Assembly: GCF_009834535.1 (NCBI RefSeq)
Contig: NC_045696.1
Span: forward strand, 53,694,001 to 53,758,000
Direction: 5' to 3'
Source: Camelus ferus
Taxonomy: Eukaryota
DNA: 64,000 nucleotides
Shown piece by piece: positions 14,101-29,325 of the stretch (within the stretch, counting starts at the first letter, position 1; each line of letters begins with the position of its first letter). Position numbers and translations under genes: made by a program. The notes under the pieces were generated by a model. That model had not been told where the DNA came from, made no database searches, and saw only the letters and a list, made by a program, of their open reading frames with translations.

Positions 14101-17100
14101 AGGTAATTGTGTAATTAGTAACCGGTTTACAGAAGCATGTTTTTCACATAATGCTGATAACCTAGGTCTAAATTGCCCTTTCCATCCAGGATCCAAAGGC
14201 ACTTTATAAATCATTGTATTTAAGTCTCTACTCACACCTGCTCACGCCCACACATAAACTGCAAACAGGGTGCATTTAAAGAGGCCCATTTAATACTAGG
14301 ATACCTACTGCAAAGAATTCTCCACTGGAGTGAAATGCAGCAAAGTTTTAACAGTTGCTCAGAAATAACAGATACCAGTTGAGGTAAATAAAGAATGTCA
14401 TCTCCAATTAAAACTACAGGAAAGATTTACCAGGGAAGAATGTAATTACTCATTTGGACTTTGGCCAGGATACCAGAGCTAGTATCTTCACATTGGGGAA
14501 ACTTTTTCTAAAGCTTTAAAAACTCATCCATATTACAACTGTACTTCAATATCTCAGCTAGAACAGAGTTTTCAGGAAATAGAAGACAAACAGAAGTGGC
14601 CTCCACCACATCAATTTAATTATGGTTACTCTGTACCCCAATTGAAAACACACACACATTTCCAGAAATTAAGACTGGGAAGGATCAGAAAGACTAGATT
14701 ATGGGCAGAGAACTACAGGATGGAACAAGAAAAGGTGCCCCAGAATTAGCGGGTTGACACACAAGATAGAGGCTGCAGGAAAATGGTTGAAATTGAATTT
14801 AAATAATCAAATATCCTTTTGTTTTCTAGTCTTGTACTACATCCCCACTTGAAGCATTACCAAGATGATCTGCCAACAAAAACAAACTATAAAAATAACA
14901 AGGGCATACCTGGAAAGGGCCTTCGTAATTATTCCTGGTTTGCTGAAGGAGAAACTGAGGTCCAGAGAATGGAGGCAAACGCCCAAGGCCACAAAGCTGA
15001 AGATAACTTCATGATACACTCAGATACTTGTATTTGGAAAATTATATGATTACGACCAAGGTCCTGGCATCTTTGCACACTTCTGATAATTCTAACCTTC
15101 GTCAAATGTCCACAATTTTCCAGCCCGGCTGGGCAGAAAGCCACGGGGATTTGCGTGCATGTGTTTATACAGCTTAAGAGTCATCACCTCTCCACCTTAT
15201 TATTTGTAGGACAAAAACTAGTTTCCATGCTCTCCACTAGCAGATGGTGGGGAGAACAGGAGAGCACAAAGTGCCACGAGTAATAAATTGGAAAGAAATA
15301 CTCATAATAACTATGATTAGAAGAACTGAACACAATCCATAGGAAAATACAGGCCTGCCAAGTCCAACTCCTCTTTCACTTCAGCCTCCCCTTCCACCTC
15401 TGAAACGAGCACACCCCGGTGTCCTTAAATACTGACTTGGAATTAAAACGGATTGTTTGCAGCTGCTCACACGCAGGCTTCTTCAGTTGGCCCCGCCCAG
15501 TGTTTACATGTGGCGTCTCTCCCCAGCCTCCGTTCTTGCCAGGGAAGGCCATTTGAGAAACCACAGGACTGCAAGCTGAACAGAATGTATTTTATGAGTC
15601 AGCTTGATTCTCATCCATGGGCTGAGCGTCTGTAGTGTTAAGCCATTAGCCCCATTGCCTGGATTGAAAAGAAACTTGCTCTCTTTGGTTATCCCCCTAA
15701 CAGTGATAGCTGCAGGATTCAGCCCTTTTTGCTTCTTCTGTTTAGTTTCTGTCAAGTTCCCCTTTCCTTCTGTTCATCTTCCATAAATTTTGTGATGGCT
15801 GAGTAGCATTTTAGAGCTCAATAGGGATAAAGTACTGCATTATTTCTTATTGTAGCAGCTACTGGTAATTTTCGAAACCCTGTTTTTAAGCAAGCGGGGA
15901 TGAAATTGTTCTTGCATCTGGCCAAGTGTGGCCAATGGGAGGGTCGAGATTAGTTTGGAATATGACCTGCACGTGGGCACTGATCAGATGCCCCCGCGGA
16001 TACTGATCTTAACACGGGGGAAGCGAGGGCCTAAGTGGGGAGGAGCTCTCTCCGCCTAATGGGTACTTCATGTAGCACGGTTCCACCAGCAGGTGGGAGC
16101 GTAATTGATCTATCTCTGATTCAAAGTAAAAACCCTTTTGCCTCCAGCTACATGCACACACAAAAAGGCATTAATAAAGTAAAATTTAAGCCTTGTTTTA
16201 CAGGTGTTCACTGTGGGATGCGACGTGGACAAGAGTACTGCTAAGGTGGCAAATACAGGCAGCATTATAAATGCTCTACTTACACAATTTTTTCGAGGAC
16301 GGGCTCAACATTTCACCAAATTTGCTCCGCAAAACAGAAGAAAAACTGCCAAGTTTCTTTTCTTTTTTTTTTTCCCAGTTCTAAACTGTGCAGCTGACAG
16401 CCACATATTCAGATGCTAATAAAGTCCTTTCTATTTGATAACCGTTAAAATGTCTTATTCTTTAAAGAATGGTGATCATTCCTTTTGATATGAACCATAG
16501 TACTTTGTAAAGCTGGGTGGCGTGATCAGGCTATAACCTAAATTAACCTTTTTTTTCCCTCAGGGTTTGAAGTTAAATTTCCAACAAGATCTGAGCTCAC
16601 AGATATAAGAAAATACATTCTTCTCTCCACATTTTACAGTCTAATAGAGAAGATATACAATAATGGCCAAATCTACCTCCACCAGGGGAACACATACGGT
16701 TGCAGTAATGGTGTGCTGGAACCTTCTCTTACTTGAAATGGCTCCCGAAAGTCACCTGTTAAATATTTAGGTACTTCACAAGTTGCTTATTAAAGCATTA
16801 GTTGATTGCATCTGGCCGTGGTGGAGGGAAATCTGCAAACCTCACGAATCAGGGACATTTTTTTCACCAGGGAAAGCCAGTCACTAGCCCAGCACTGGTC
16901 GCAGGAACAAGTGCCTCACCCCATGGCTCTTCACCTCCTTTCCTCATGCTTGTCTGCTTTGTCCTTTAAGAGCTGATGACATAAAACAGAAGCATGTTTA
17001 CAAATTATTTTTATTTAAAAAGGTTTTATATTTTAAATTTCAAAACAGTGTGTGATTAGAACTTTGAACATTTCTTATAAAATAAAACCAAAAAATAAAA

Positions 17101-17889
17101 TTAAAAAAGAATTCATTCTTTCCTTTTACATGGGACTTACCCTAACACGTATAAAATAAAAACTAATTAAGTTTGGCCCATGCACAATGCCTCACAGGTA
17201 ATAGCAGTCCATAAATATATATGCACTTGAATTGAATCAAATACAGTTGAATCAAATCAAATTAAATTGAACTGAATTCAAATGAATAGACTAAAGCCTG
17301 CAATAATACAAGATACTTTTGCTTTCTGTATTAAATTAAAACTGTCTTTGGTACTAAAGTATAATTGCTTCCTGCTTAAAAAAATGATTTATGTTTATTG
17401 TTTATAAGGCTCTGTAAGTTTGCTGTGAATGGTATCCTTTTTTCATGAATTGGCCATATTTTGATTATCTGTGCCAGTTTATATCTTAGATTGAAACATA
17501 ATGCTATAAAGCAATACTGGAACTTTAAATTACTTTGCAGTATGGATTTTATCTTTACTTGAACCACACCTTGCTTTACTGTTGAAGTTTATTTTATCTG
17601 CAATTTTTGATTCATATGCATTACTATGGTCTCTAATACTTCCACATTAATTACATATTAATTTTTACTGCATGTTAGTATCAATCGTCAGTACAGAGGT
17701 GATACTGTGAGGCTTCCTGCCATAGTGTGGGAGGTAAGAACAAAGACACTGGGTCTAAAAGCCTTGAGCTTGAATTCTGCTGGTAGAGTGTGGCCAAATT
17801 ACTTGTCTCTTTCAATCCTTAAATTTTTTATCAGTGAAGTATAAGGAAGTACCTATATTACAGAGATGTGTGCTGATGAAATGAAATGA

Positions 17890-18279
17890 CATACTAAGAG
17901 AAATAAGCCAGAAAGAGAAAGAAAAATACCATATCACTTCTATGTGGAATCTAAAAAAATGACACAAATGAACTTATTTACAAAACAGAAATAGACTCAC
18001 AGACATAGAAAACAAACTTACGATTACCAGCGGGGAGTGGGGGGTGGAGGGAGAAATTGGAAGTTTGGGATTTGCAGATACTAACTACTATATATAAAAT
18101 AGATACACAACAAGGTTCTATTGTATAGCATAGTGAACTATAGTCAATATCTTATAATAACCTATAGTGAAAAATAATTTGAAGAGGAATATATATGTAT
18201 AACTGAAACACTATGCTGTACACCAGAAACTAACACAACATTGTAAACTGACTATATTTCAATAAAAAAAGAAAGAAAC
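17890..18279 (+). mobile_element. 5'-truncated lineage-specific L1 3' end, inserted in a MIR
   Basis: tatataaaatagatacacaacaaggttctattgtatagcatagtgaactata...aacattgtaaactgactatatttcaataaaaaaa. Flanking atgaaatga at 17881-17889 and 18280-18288 is a likely TSD. Confidence 0.85.
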
Positions 18280-18539
18280 ATGAAATGATGGATGTAGAAA
18301 CTTTAATATAGGGGCATACACACACACAGATAAAGCTCTATAAATGTTAGCAACCAAAACACATGAACAAGCAATGAAAGAGGAAAAATCTGCAGTCCAA
18401 GTGTCTTCAAGGTCTATAAGATATCTACTGACAGAGTAAAAGAATTGGATGAGATTGGTGGGTACCCTCTGAAAATTTTGACGTAGGAAAGGAAACTAAA
18501 TTGCTATAGTATTACTCAGTGTCCAGGAGGAACACAATA

Positions 18540-19070
18540 ATAATTACTTATATGTATTGGACAGCTGCTATGTGCCAGGCACTTTCTTAGTGCTTCACAT
18601 GCATAAATGATTTAACCTTCAAACCAGTCCTCTGAGGTAGACACTCTTGCTCGTATTCTCATTTAGAGATATGACAGCTGGGCTAGGGAGAAGATCTTCT
18701 CCAAGTCTTATACAATAAAATGATGGAGCAAAGCTTTAAATCTTGAATGCAGGAAATAATTGTATAATATTACTCCTTAGAGTACATTATATATACACAT
18801 ATATATCATATATAGATATATGTAGATAACACATATATTCAACACACACATAATGTTTATTTACAGGATCTATTCTAGCCTTTTTCAGGAAAACATTAAC
18901 TCATTTAATATTTATAATAAACTGATTATATAGGTACTATTATTAATCTCACTTTATAAATGAAATAACTATAACTAAGGGACAGATAGGTTAAATAACT
19001 TGCCCAGGGACACACAGCTAGTAAATAACAGAGTGAGACTCGAATCTAGGCAGCCTGGCTCCAGAATCAG
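18540..19070 (-). mobile_element. Two MIR SINEs flanking a (TA/CA)-rich spacer
   Basis: ctatgtgccaggcact; ggttaaataacttgcccagggacacacagctagtaa...gactcgaatctaggcag. Confidence 0.75.
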
Positions 19071-21619
19071 CTAGTTAAGTAGCTGCTCTGTTCCCCACTT
19101 AGAAGGGATTTTAACAGTCCAGATAATCAGCAAGGGCATCTTTATTGTGGAAATAACTATGGGGTTTACTCCGCAAATTTCCAAGATATTCTTCCCAGGG
19201 ACAAAACTTCTCTGTGTAGGAAAGAATTCTGTACTTGTTACAATCTGATTATAATTTGTTTTTTCACATTGTTCTCCATACATAGAGATTGCTTAAATAT
19301 TTCAATTCTTACGATACATCTACATTTTTCAGAGGAAATTAGTTAAATTGGCATTCTGGCTTTATATCTCATTCTGAGTCTGATTAAGGTGAATCATCTT
19401 CTAGAAGATAAGGTTTATGAACCTGCTGGACTTTTGGCCATATTATAAACAGTTGTAATACCAACCTATGCAACGTTTAAGAAGCATCCAATATTTTCCC
19501 ATGTTACATTGCTCCTCTAAACCTCCATAAGTTATGCAAATTAAAATCTTTTCTTATTTGTATCATTACTGCTAAAGGAAGGTTTTTAAAAAAAGAATTT
19601 TAAAAAAGGCTAAAAAAAAGCTAGCCTTCAGTTTGTTAGGTTTGATGAATTTTTGTTGATAACACGAAATCACTGGTCTGAACATGTTTCTTGGATGGTT
19701 GCGTGTTTTTAATTGTGTGCACTCTTTCTATGTCTAGGCGTAGAGACTTAATCACTCTAGTTCTAAGGATTTGTTTCAGAGTGAAACAACCTTTCTCTAA
19801 ACTCTAGAATAATCCTCTCTGAAGTCTGCTCTCCATCTGTGTTCCCAAGTCTAAAACTCTCCCCCTCCATCTGCTAAATTCAATAATAACTATAACACCA
19901 AGCAGCAGGTAGAACCAATACGCTGGCTCAAAACTGAGTCCTGAAAATGAATCTGGCATCCCTGCTGCAGAATCATCTGTGTTTGCTGATCTGTCCCCAT
20001 TAATCTCCAGGGAATAAGAGAGAAACACTGCAATGGACAAAGGAGGGGGGATTTTTCTAATTAATTGAAAACAATAATAGCATAAAAGTCATCAGCCTTT
20101 TGCCTGCATAATGACAGCTTTGCGAAACAAGAAAATGAAAATGCCACAGCTATAGCTCCCAAGTTGGATGGGAAAGAGCACAAATGTGCACATATACACC
20201 CATCCCCACAACACATACCTCAAAATTCCATCACAGAAACTTATCTTCAGGGCTAAAAAACTCCATCTGCCAAATTACTGATTACAGTGTATGAATAGAG
20301 AGGGTGCAATCATAAGTATATAGAAATGGAAAGTCAAGAGATTATTTAAATATTACAGGGCTGAAATTTCATGTTTCTATTAAAAAATCATTTCTCTTAG
20401 AACCACCCTTGGAAACACCATCTTTTATTACTGAAATACCTGAATCACTCATTAATTAGAAGCTCAGGATGTGATGACACATTCATGCTGTCTCTTCCAG
20501 CTGTTTGAGTTTTTAAAGTCATAAATTGTTCTCCTGGTCTTGTAGTTGAATTTTGAACACTGTTAGGGGCATAGATAAACCATACACACTCTCCTCCTTT
20601 CTGACTGTAGCACACTTTTGCACACTGTGTGTGTTTTCAAAAGGAATTTGCTACGAGTTCCTCAGGTGAAAGATCAATAGACTGAAAACAAAGTAGGACA
20701 CAACTTGAGAAGAAAGGTAAATTCTTCTGCTCCTTTCTATACAATTTTCCTTAAATTTAGCCATTATTCAGAAAATCACAGGCTTAAGTAGTACTTACTG
20801 ATCAGTCAAATCTTAGCAATCTTTTCTATCTTTTTCCTTCTTTTGCTGACTCATGAGTCTGACTCCCTCTTGCAGCCCAGCCCTTACATATCATTCTCGC
20901 TTACTGTGTCTTTATTTATATTTTTCCATCCCCGTTATCTTCCTCCTGGAAGTTAGTGACAACTGAGGTTGCCCTGGATTCTCCAGACTTCTAACTCAGT
21001 TTTAAGCTAACTTACTTCATTCATTTTCCTTCAAGTATATTCAGCTCCCTCCCTTTCTTACCTCCAAACTTTATCTCATGGTATTAATGTTACTTCATAT
21101 TTACCCTTTTTATTTCTCATGTTTATCCTTTTTATTTCTGTTTTTTTAATAGCACTAATAGCACTTCATATACCAGTAAGTAACAATGTACTTTGGTTTT
21201 TACATCCAAATTACATTTAAACCTTCACCTACATAAAATGTAAGACTACTTAGAACGTGCTATTTGTGTGGTAAACCTCAAGAGGGCAGGGGATAGAACC
21301 ATTATAATTGGTTGTTATACTAGTCAGCCTGATATTTATACTTAAAAAAAAATAGTTCTTGGTAACTATGGGAGTAGGGGGAAAAACAGAATGAAAGATG
21401 GTGTGGAGACTTAAAAAAAAAGATACCTGTTCACTTTGCTTGGGCCTCCTAGAATCTAAGTTAATTTGCATACAATAATTAAAGTTACTACCTTAGTACT
21501 ACTTTGCCAAATTCTCATAGCAAGCCTAGAATTTTTTAAGTTTTCTACAAAAGTTAGATTTATATGTTACAAAGATGTACGAAACAAGTGGTGTTGCTAT
21601 ATATCTGATGTGATATACC

Positions 21620-22385
21620 TACTACTTTCTAACACTATTTTGTCTGTTACCTCAGTTAACAAACTTGATCTAATTGATACATATAGACTACTGTATCAAA
21701 CAACTGTAGAATGTATTCTTTTCATATGTATATGGGATATTAACCATTGGCCATATCCTGGGCTATAAAGCAAATCGTCATTAAAAAATATCAAATTATT
21801 GAACTCAGAGTACTGTCTCTGATTATAGTGAACTTAAGCTACAAATTAACAAAAAGATAACTAGAAAACCCCTATAATGTTTGGATATTTATCACTGCAT
21901 TTCTAAATTACTCACTGATCAAAAAAATTACAGTGGGATTTAGAGAACATTTTAGACTAAAAAATAATGAAAGTATAACACATCAAAACTTGTAAAATAC
22001 AGCTACAGCTCTGCTCAGAGAGAAGTATATAAACTTAAGTCCAATCACTAGAAACATAGAAAAAGTAAATACTAATTATCTACCTATCTATCTCAAAGAG
22101 TTATTTTAAAATAACAAACTCAGATAAATAGAAGGCAATAAAGAACCAAAAGTTTAATAAAAAATAGAAAACAGATACATAATAAAGGGGTTCAACAAAG
22201 CCACTAGTTGTTTCTTTGAAAAGAATCATATTTACATACCTATCAAATGATGAAAATGGCATCACTACAGAGCACATAGACATTATATAAACTTACTCAC
22301 ACAAAGACATTCTGACAATTTGATAACGTGGAAAATATGTAAAATACCTAAGAAAACATAACTTATCAAAAACCATGCAAGAAAG
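21620..22385 (+). mobile_element. Old L1 ORF2 fragment, 5' part (continues at about 27311)
   Basis: aacaaacttgatctaattgacatatatagac; aacacatcaaaacttgt; ends near the NLPKL-equivalent region. Confidence 0.7.
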
Positions 22386-22389
22386 CACA

Positions 22390-23310
22390 CCTAACACCAA
22401 GATCTTGGTTTCTAGCATCATATTCAAATAACATTTTTTAAACCAAGATTATTTGGAAATGTAGCCTCTTTTAGGACAGGGATAGGAAATATATACAATG
22501 AGCCTGGACAATGTTGTGGTACAAGACAATAAGAAAATGTTCAGAACACAAATAAGTAAACAAACAAAAACCAAAAACCTCATGTTACTATGTCATAGGG
22601 ATACAGGATCCAACTGAAAGAGTTCCCAAAAGTCAAAGCTTGAATAATTTGAGCAACAAATAAACTATTACTATATTATAACCCAAAGTAAACAAAATGC
22701 ATAGGATGATACTGATATAAATAAATGATTGAATAAACAAATAAATGGGGAGAATGGACAAGTCTCCTGTGCAGAATAATTTGAACTTATGAAGATACTT
22801 CACCCTTAAGGAGTATAACTTCACACTTCAGTGTGAGCAGCACATCATGACTTTCTTCAAAAAGTACAGTATATAAAGGGAGAAAAAAAGTAACTTGACC
22901 AAGGAGAGACCTGACAAACAGTCTTAAGCCAAGTGGTCAAGGTTAACATCAACAGTGATAAGTCATATTGATAGTATGTACCTTTCTTTCATATGATGTA
23001 ATGAGAAGGACACTTTATTTATGTGGTCTTCCTCCCCAAAACACATTTTCTCAGCATAATCATGGGGAAAATATTGAAAAAAAAATTTGACTTGAGAGAT
23101 ACTCTCTAGAATACCTAATCTATAATGCTCAAAACTATCAAAGTCATCAAAAACAAAGGAAGTCCAAGAAACAGTCAAAACCAAGGAAAGCATAATGAGA
23201 TATGATCACTAAATGTCATGTGATATCCTGGATTAAATCTCAGAACATAAAAAAGTACATTAGGAAGAAAAACTGAGGAAATCTGAGAAAGTATGGGACT
23301 TTGGTTAAAT
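22390..23310 (+). mobile_element. L1MC/MD-type 3' region fragment
   Basis: aagatcttggtttctag; gtggtcaaggttaacatcaacagtgataagtcatattgatagtatgtacc; gatatcctggatta...aaaactgaggaaatctgag. Confidence 0.6.
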
Positions 23311-23717
23311 TTTTTAAAAATCATGGAGGAAATGAAAAGGAAAAAAGACAACTGTCTGTAATTTTATAGAATAATAAATTAAGTTGCTGAAAAAGAAGTC
23401 AAATATGCTTGTTTTGTAGAGGAAAATAATCTATCTTCTATCCACATGTCTCTCTTAGAATAGGGAGAAAATAGCTATAAACAGCCTTTCAAAATAAACA
23501 CATGATTGAGAAACTTAGAAAAGTTAAACACGTTTTTGTTGCTGTCAATAAATATTAAATATCATCCAAAGGTGAGGAAAACTGCTTTATAATACAGAAA
23601 ATAGACTTTTGTCTTTTATTCTATATGTATTATGGGCATTTCTTCCTTTCATTTTAGGACTGTTATAAAGATTAAGTAAAATTTCTGAAGAAAAAAAACT
23701 ACAAAAAAAGAACAATT

Positions 23718-26700
23718 AGGATAGACCACATACTAGGTAACAAAATAAGTGTCAACAAATTAAAGAGGATATTTCAAGCATCTTTTCTGATCACAACAGT
23801 ATGAAACCAGAAATCAACCACAGAAAGAAAAACAGGAAAAGAATGAACACATGGAGACTAAACAACATGCTACTAAAAGACCAATGGCTCAATGATAAAA
23901 TCAAAACAATCAGAAAATGCCTTGAGACAAAAGAAAGGAAAACACAACCGCACAAAATCTAAGAGATGCAGCAAAAACAGTTCTAAGAATGAAGTTCATA
24001 GTGATAAGGGCCTTCCTTATGAAACAAACAAACAAACAAAACCCTCAAACAACCTAACCTATCACCTAAAGAGTAGAAAAGAACAAACAAAACCCAAAGT
24101 CAGCAGAAGAAAGGAAATAATAAAGATTAGAGAGAAAATAAATAAGATTGTGATAAAAAAAAGAAAAAGATCAATAAAACCAGAGCTGGTTCTTTGAAAA
24201 GATTAAAAAAGACCCCTGCCAGGATCACCAAGAAGAAAAGAGAGTAGACCCAAATAAACATACAGGAAGTGAAAAAGGAGAAATAACAACTGATACCACA
24301 GAAATATAAAAAATCATAAGAGAATACTACAAACAGTTCTATGCCAACAAATTGGACAATCTAGAAGAAATGGACAAGTTTCTAAAAACATACCGAGTGC
24401 CAAAACTGAGTCAAGGAGAAACAGTTAATTTGAACAGACCAATCACTAAAAGTGAAATAGAATCTGTAATTAAAAAAACAAAAAACAAAACAAAACAAAA
24501 CAAAAAACCTCTCTGCAGACAAAATCCAGGATTGGACAGCTTCACTGGGGAATTCTACCAAATATACAAAGAATAACTTACACCTATCTTTCTTAAACTA
24601 TTCCAAAAAATTGAAGAGGGGAAACACTCCCAAATTCATTCTATGAAGCCACTATCACCTTGATACCAAATCCAGATAAAAATACTAAGAAAAAGAAGTT
24701 TATAGGCCAGTATCATTGATAAATATAGATGCAAAAATCCTCAGCAAAATATCAGCAAGCCAAATCCAACAATATATAACAAGCATCATACATCATGACC
24801 AACTTAGATTCATTGCAGGGTCACAAGGATGGTTTAACATATGAAAATCAATCAATGTGATACACCACATTAACAAAAGGAAAGACAAAAATCATATGAT
24901 CATCTCAATAGATGCAGAAAAAGCATTTGACAAAATTCCACACACATTCATGATAAAAACTTTCATCAAAGTGGGTATAGAGATAACATATTTCAACATA
25001 AGAAAAGCCATTTACAACAGACTCACAGTACAGATAATACTCAATGGTGAAAAGCTGAAAAACTTCCTTCTAAATTCAGGAACAAGACAAGGATGTCACT
25101 CTCATCACTTTTATTCAGCATACTATTGAAAGTTCTAGCCACAGCAATTAGACAAGAGAAAGAAATAAAAGGTGTCCAAGTTGGATGCGAAGAGGTAAAA
25201 CTGTCACTATATGCAGATGATGTGATACTCTATGTAGAGAACCCTAAAATCTCCACACAAAAATGATTGCAACTAGTAAATGAATTCAGCAAGGTAGCAG
25301 GATACAAGATTAATATACAGAAATCTGCTGCCTTTCTTTACACTAATTATGAAATACCAGAAAGATAAAATTTCTAAAAATCCCGTTTAAAAGTCACATA
25401 CCAAAACAAACAAACAAAAACAACAACAACAACAACAAAAAACCTATCTAGGAATAAGCTTAACCAAGGAGGTGAATGACCTATATGCTAAAAACTATAA
25501 AACACTGATAAAAGGAATTGAAGATGATTCAAAGAAATAGAAAGATATCCTATGTTATTGGATTGAAAGAATTAATATTGTTAAAATGGCCATATTACCC
25601 AAAGAAATCTACAGATTTAATACACTCTCTATCAGAACACCCAGGACATTTTTCACAGAACTAGAACAAATAATCCTAAAATTTATATGGCACCAGAAAA
25701 GGCCCACAATCACCAAAGAAATCCTAAGGAAACAGAACAAAGTTGTAGGCATAACCCCTCTAAACCTCAGACAATATTACAATTCTACAGTAATCAAAAC
25801 AACACGGTATTGTCACAAAAACAGACATATAGATCAATGCAACAGAAGAGAGATCCCAGAAATAAACCCACAGATCTATGGTCAATTAATTCATGACAAA
25901 GGAGGCAAGAATATACAATTGAGTAAAGATAATCGCTTTAACAAGTGGTGTTAGGAAAGCTGGGTGGCTACATATAAATCAATGAAATCAGAATGCTCCC
26001 TCACACAATACACAAAAATAAATTCGAAATAGTTCAAAGACCTAAATATAAGACATGACACCATGAAACTCCTAGAAAAAATCATAGGCAATACATTCTT
26101 TGACATAACTTGTAGCACTATTTTCTTAGATCAGTCTCCCAAAGTAAAAGAAACAAAAAGCAAAAATAAATGAATGGGACCTAATCGGACTTAAAAGCTT
26201 TTGCACAGCAAAGGAAACCATCAACAAAATGAAAAGACAATCTACTGAATGGGAGAAAATATTTCCAAATGATGTGGTTGACAAGTGTTAATATTCAGAC
26301 TATACAAACAACTCATACACCTCGATATCAAAAACAACCCAATCAAAAAATGGGCAGAAGACCTACACAGACATATTTCCAAAGAAGATATACAGATGGC
26401 CAACAGGCATATGAAAAAAAAAACAACATCACTAATTATTTGAGAAATGCAAATCAAAACCACACTGAGACATCACTTCACACTGGTCAGAATGGCTATC
26501 AACAGAAAGTCTACAAATAATAAATGCTCGAGAGGTTGTGAACAAATAGGAACTCTCATACACTGTTGGTGGAAGTATAAATTGGTGCAGACACTATGGA
26601 AAACAGTATGGACGTTCCTTAAAATAATAAAAATAGATCTACCACATGATCCAGCAATTCTACTCCTGGGCACATATCTGGAAAAACTGAAAACTCTAAT

Positions 26701-26823
26701 TCAAAAAGATACATGCAGCTCAATGTTCATAGCAGCACTATTTTTAATAGCCAAGACAAACCTAAATGTCCATCAACAGATGAATGGATAAAGAAGATAA
26801 ACACACACACACACCACATCTTT

Positions 26824-26868
<45 letters not shown>

Positions 26869-27302
26869 GAAATATTACTCAGCCATAAAAAGGAATGAAA
26901 CTATCACCATTTGCAACAACATGGGTAGACTTATAGGATATTATGCTTAGTGAAATAAGTCAGACAGAGAAAGGCAAATATTATATGATATCACTTATAT
27001 GTGGAATCTAAAAACAGAAATGAATCTTTATACAAAACAGAAACAGGCTCATGGACATAGAAAACACACATGGTTATCAAAGTGGAGAAGGAGGAAGGGA
27101 GGAACAAATTAGAAGCATGGGATTAACAGATGAAAACTACTAAATGTAAAACAGAGAAGCAAAAATATTTACTGCATAGCACAGGAAATTATATTCAATT
27201 TCTTATAATAAACTATAATGGAATATAATCTGAAAAAAAAACTGAATCATTTCGCTGTACACCTGAAACTAACACAATGTTGTAAATGAACCATACTTCA
27301 AA
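23718..27302 (+). mobile_element. Younger 5'-truncated LINE-1 (ORF2 from the endonuclease end through RT and 3' UTR), inactivated
   Basis: DHILG and SDHN endonuclease end; ORF pieces [38 protein letters not shown] at about 25201, HCWW; many stops and frameshifts; internal (AAAAC)n, (AAC)n and (CA)n tracts. Confidence 0.95.
26826..26866. repeat. (CA)n microsatellite
   Basis: Perfect CA run inside the L1. Confidence 0.95.
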
Positions 27303-27310
27303 TTTTTTTT

Positions 27311-28588
27311 AATAAAATACCTGAATAGTCCTATACATTTTATGTTCTGATGCTAAAACTTCATATACCCAACATAATTATATTTTATTCTACAAGAAAC
27401 AAGTAAACAAACAAAAACCTTCCTGCAAATAAGCTCTAGGCCCCAATGTCTTTATCATAAAAAAGAGAAATTATCTAACTTGTTTCATAAAGCTGGCATA
27501 ACTCTGACATCATATTCCTCATATATAATATATATGTATACAATAAAGTTTATATATTGGTTTTTGTATAAAAAATTTTATATACATTAAAGTTCATATA
27601 TAAATTAATTTATATAAATATATTTATATATATCTAACTGTGTACCAATATATATAAGTAGCAGAGCTGATATCTGACAAGTCTATTTAAACAAAAAGAA
27701 AATTGTAAGCCAATTTCTCTCTTATACGTGGATACAAATAAAAAAGCAAACAGAATCCAACAATATTTTAAAAGGGTAATCCATCACAACCAAATCTCAT
27801 TTATTATGGAAATGTGTAATTGGTTTAATTTAAGAACCAATTATTATAATTGACTATATTAACAAAACAAGGAGGAAAAGCACACAATTGTCAATAGGGA
27901 GAGACAAAAAAAAACATAATAAATTTCTATTTCATTCATAATTAAAAGAGAAAACAAACAGTTCACAAACTAGAAAATAAAGGAAAATTACTTAATATGA
28001 TAAATTATACCCCCAAAAACAAATATAAAAACATTATTTTACTTTATGGTGAAATATTAACCGCTTTATTGCAAGTTTGGGAACATGAAAGGATACCAGC
28101 TATCATTATTTCTATTATACAGAGGAACAAAGGTCCTACTCAGGGCTGAAAAATAATAAACTTTAAAAACAGAATTAGAAAGGAAGAAATAAAAGTATCA
28201 TGATTTTTAGACAATGTAGTTGTGTGTGAAGAAAATCCAAAGACATCTTGAGATAAATACTACTTTAAATATGGAAGTTTAGCAAGGTCACTATGTACAA
28301 GATCAATATATTTACACACACATATACAAAACAAAAAAAAAATTAAAATGAAACAGAAAATGGAATACCCTTTAAAATGCAAAACAGAAGTCAAATATCT
28401 AGGAATAACCATATAAAAGTTACACAATATTTCTACACAGAAAACTCTATATCATTCTTGATAGAAATTAAAAATACTACAATAGAGAAATAAACTTTAT
28501 TTATGAACTGCAAAGTCCAGTATTTTAAAGATGTAAATTTTCCCAAAATTGATTTATAGGTTGAAAACAACTGCAATAAAAATCCTAA

Positions 28589-28630
<42 letters not shown>

Positions 28631-29325
28631 CTGAAAAACCAATTTAAATTTTCATATTAAATTCAAGGGCCCCAAATTAGTGAAGAACTATAATTTCTCC
28701 AAAAGAAAAGGCCAAAGAACCTATGCAATCATACGTAAAAAGCTTATAAAATAAGACATGGGAGTATGCAAGGAAATATAAGTAGACCAGTGAAAAAAAC
28801 TAGATAATCCAGTAATAGATCCAAACACAAATAAAAATTAGTTTTTCAATAAATGGTATTGGGTCAACTGGATATCCATAGGAAAAAGAAATGAATCTTT
28901 ACTCTCACATTGAATAAAAAATAATTTCTCTGGATTGCAGATAAAAAAATAAAAGTAAAATAATAAAGCATCCAAATGTTACTATAAGAAAATATCTTCT
29001 TAACCTTTGTGTAGGAACGCATTTATCAAACAGAACCACTATAAGCACCAATCATGAAGAATAAGATTGACAATTGGAAGAATAAGAATGAAAATCTCTT
29101 CATTGAGAGCCACCATTAAGAGAATAAAAATGTGTTAGAGGCATTAGTTAATGCTACTATGGCAATCAAATTGCAAGAAATGTATCAAATTAATAGGTTG
29201 CATACCTTAAATTTATACAATGCTGTGTATCAACTATAACTCAGATAAAAAGAGAAAAAAAGGAGAAAATGGGGAAAAAAAGCAAGCTGCAAAGTGGTAG
29301 AGTTCATACAACTAACAAACAACAT
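27311..29325 (+). mobile_element. Old L1 ORF2 fragment, 3' part
   Basis: Resumes with aaatacctgaatagtcctata...aaccttcctgcaaataagctctaggcccc; later ttttcaataaatggtattgggtcaactggatatcc; contains (TG)n at about 28592-28627. Confidence 0.7.

Noticed and set aside
23892..26898. ORFs with reverse transcriptase motifs as a host gene or novel RT system
   Set aside because: They are ordinary fragments of a broken LINE-1 ORF2.
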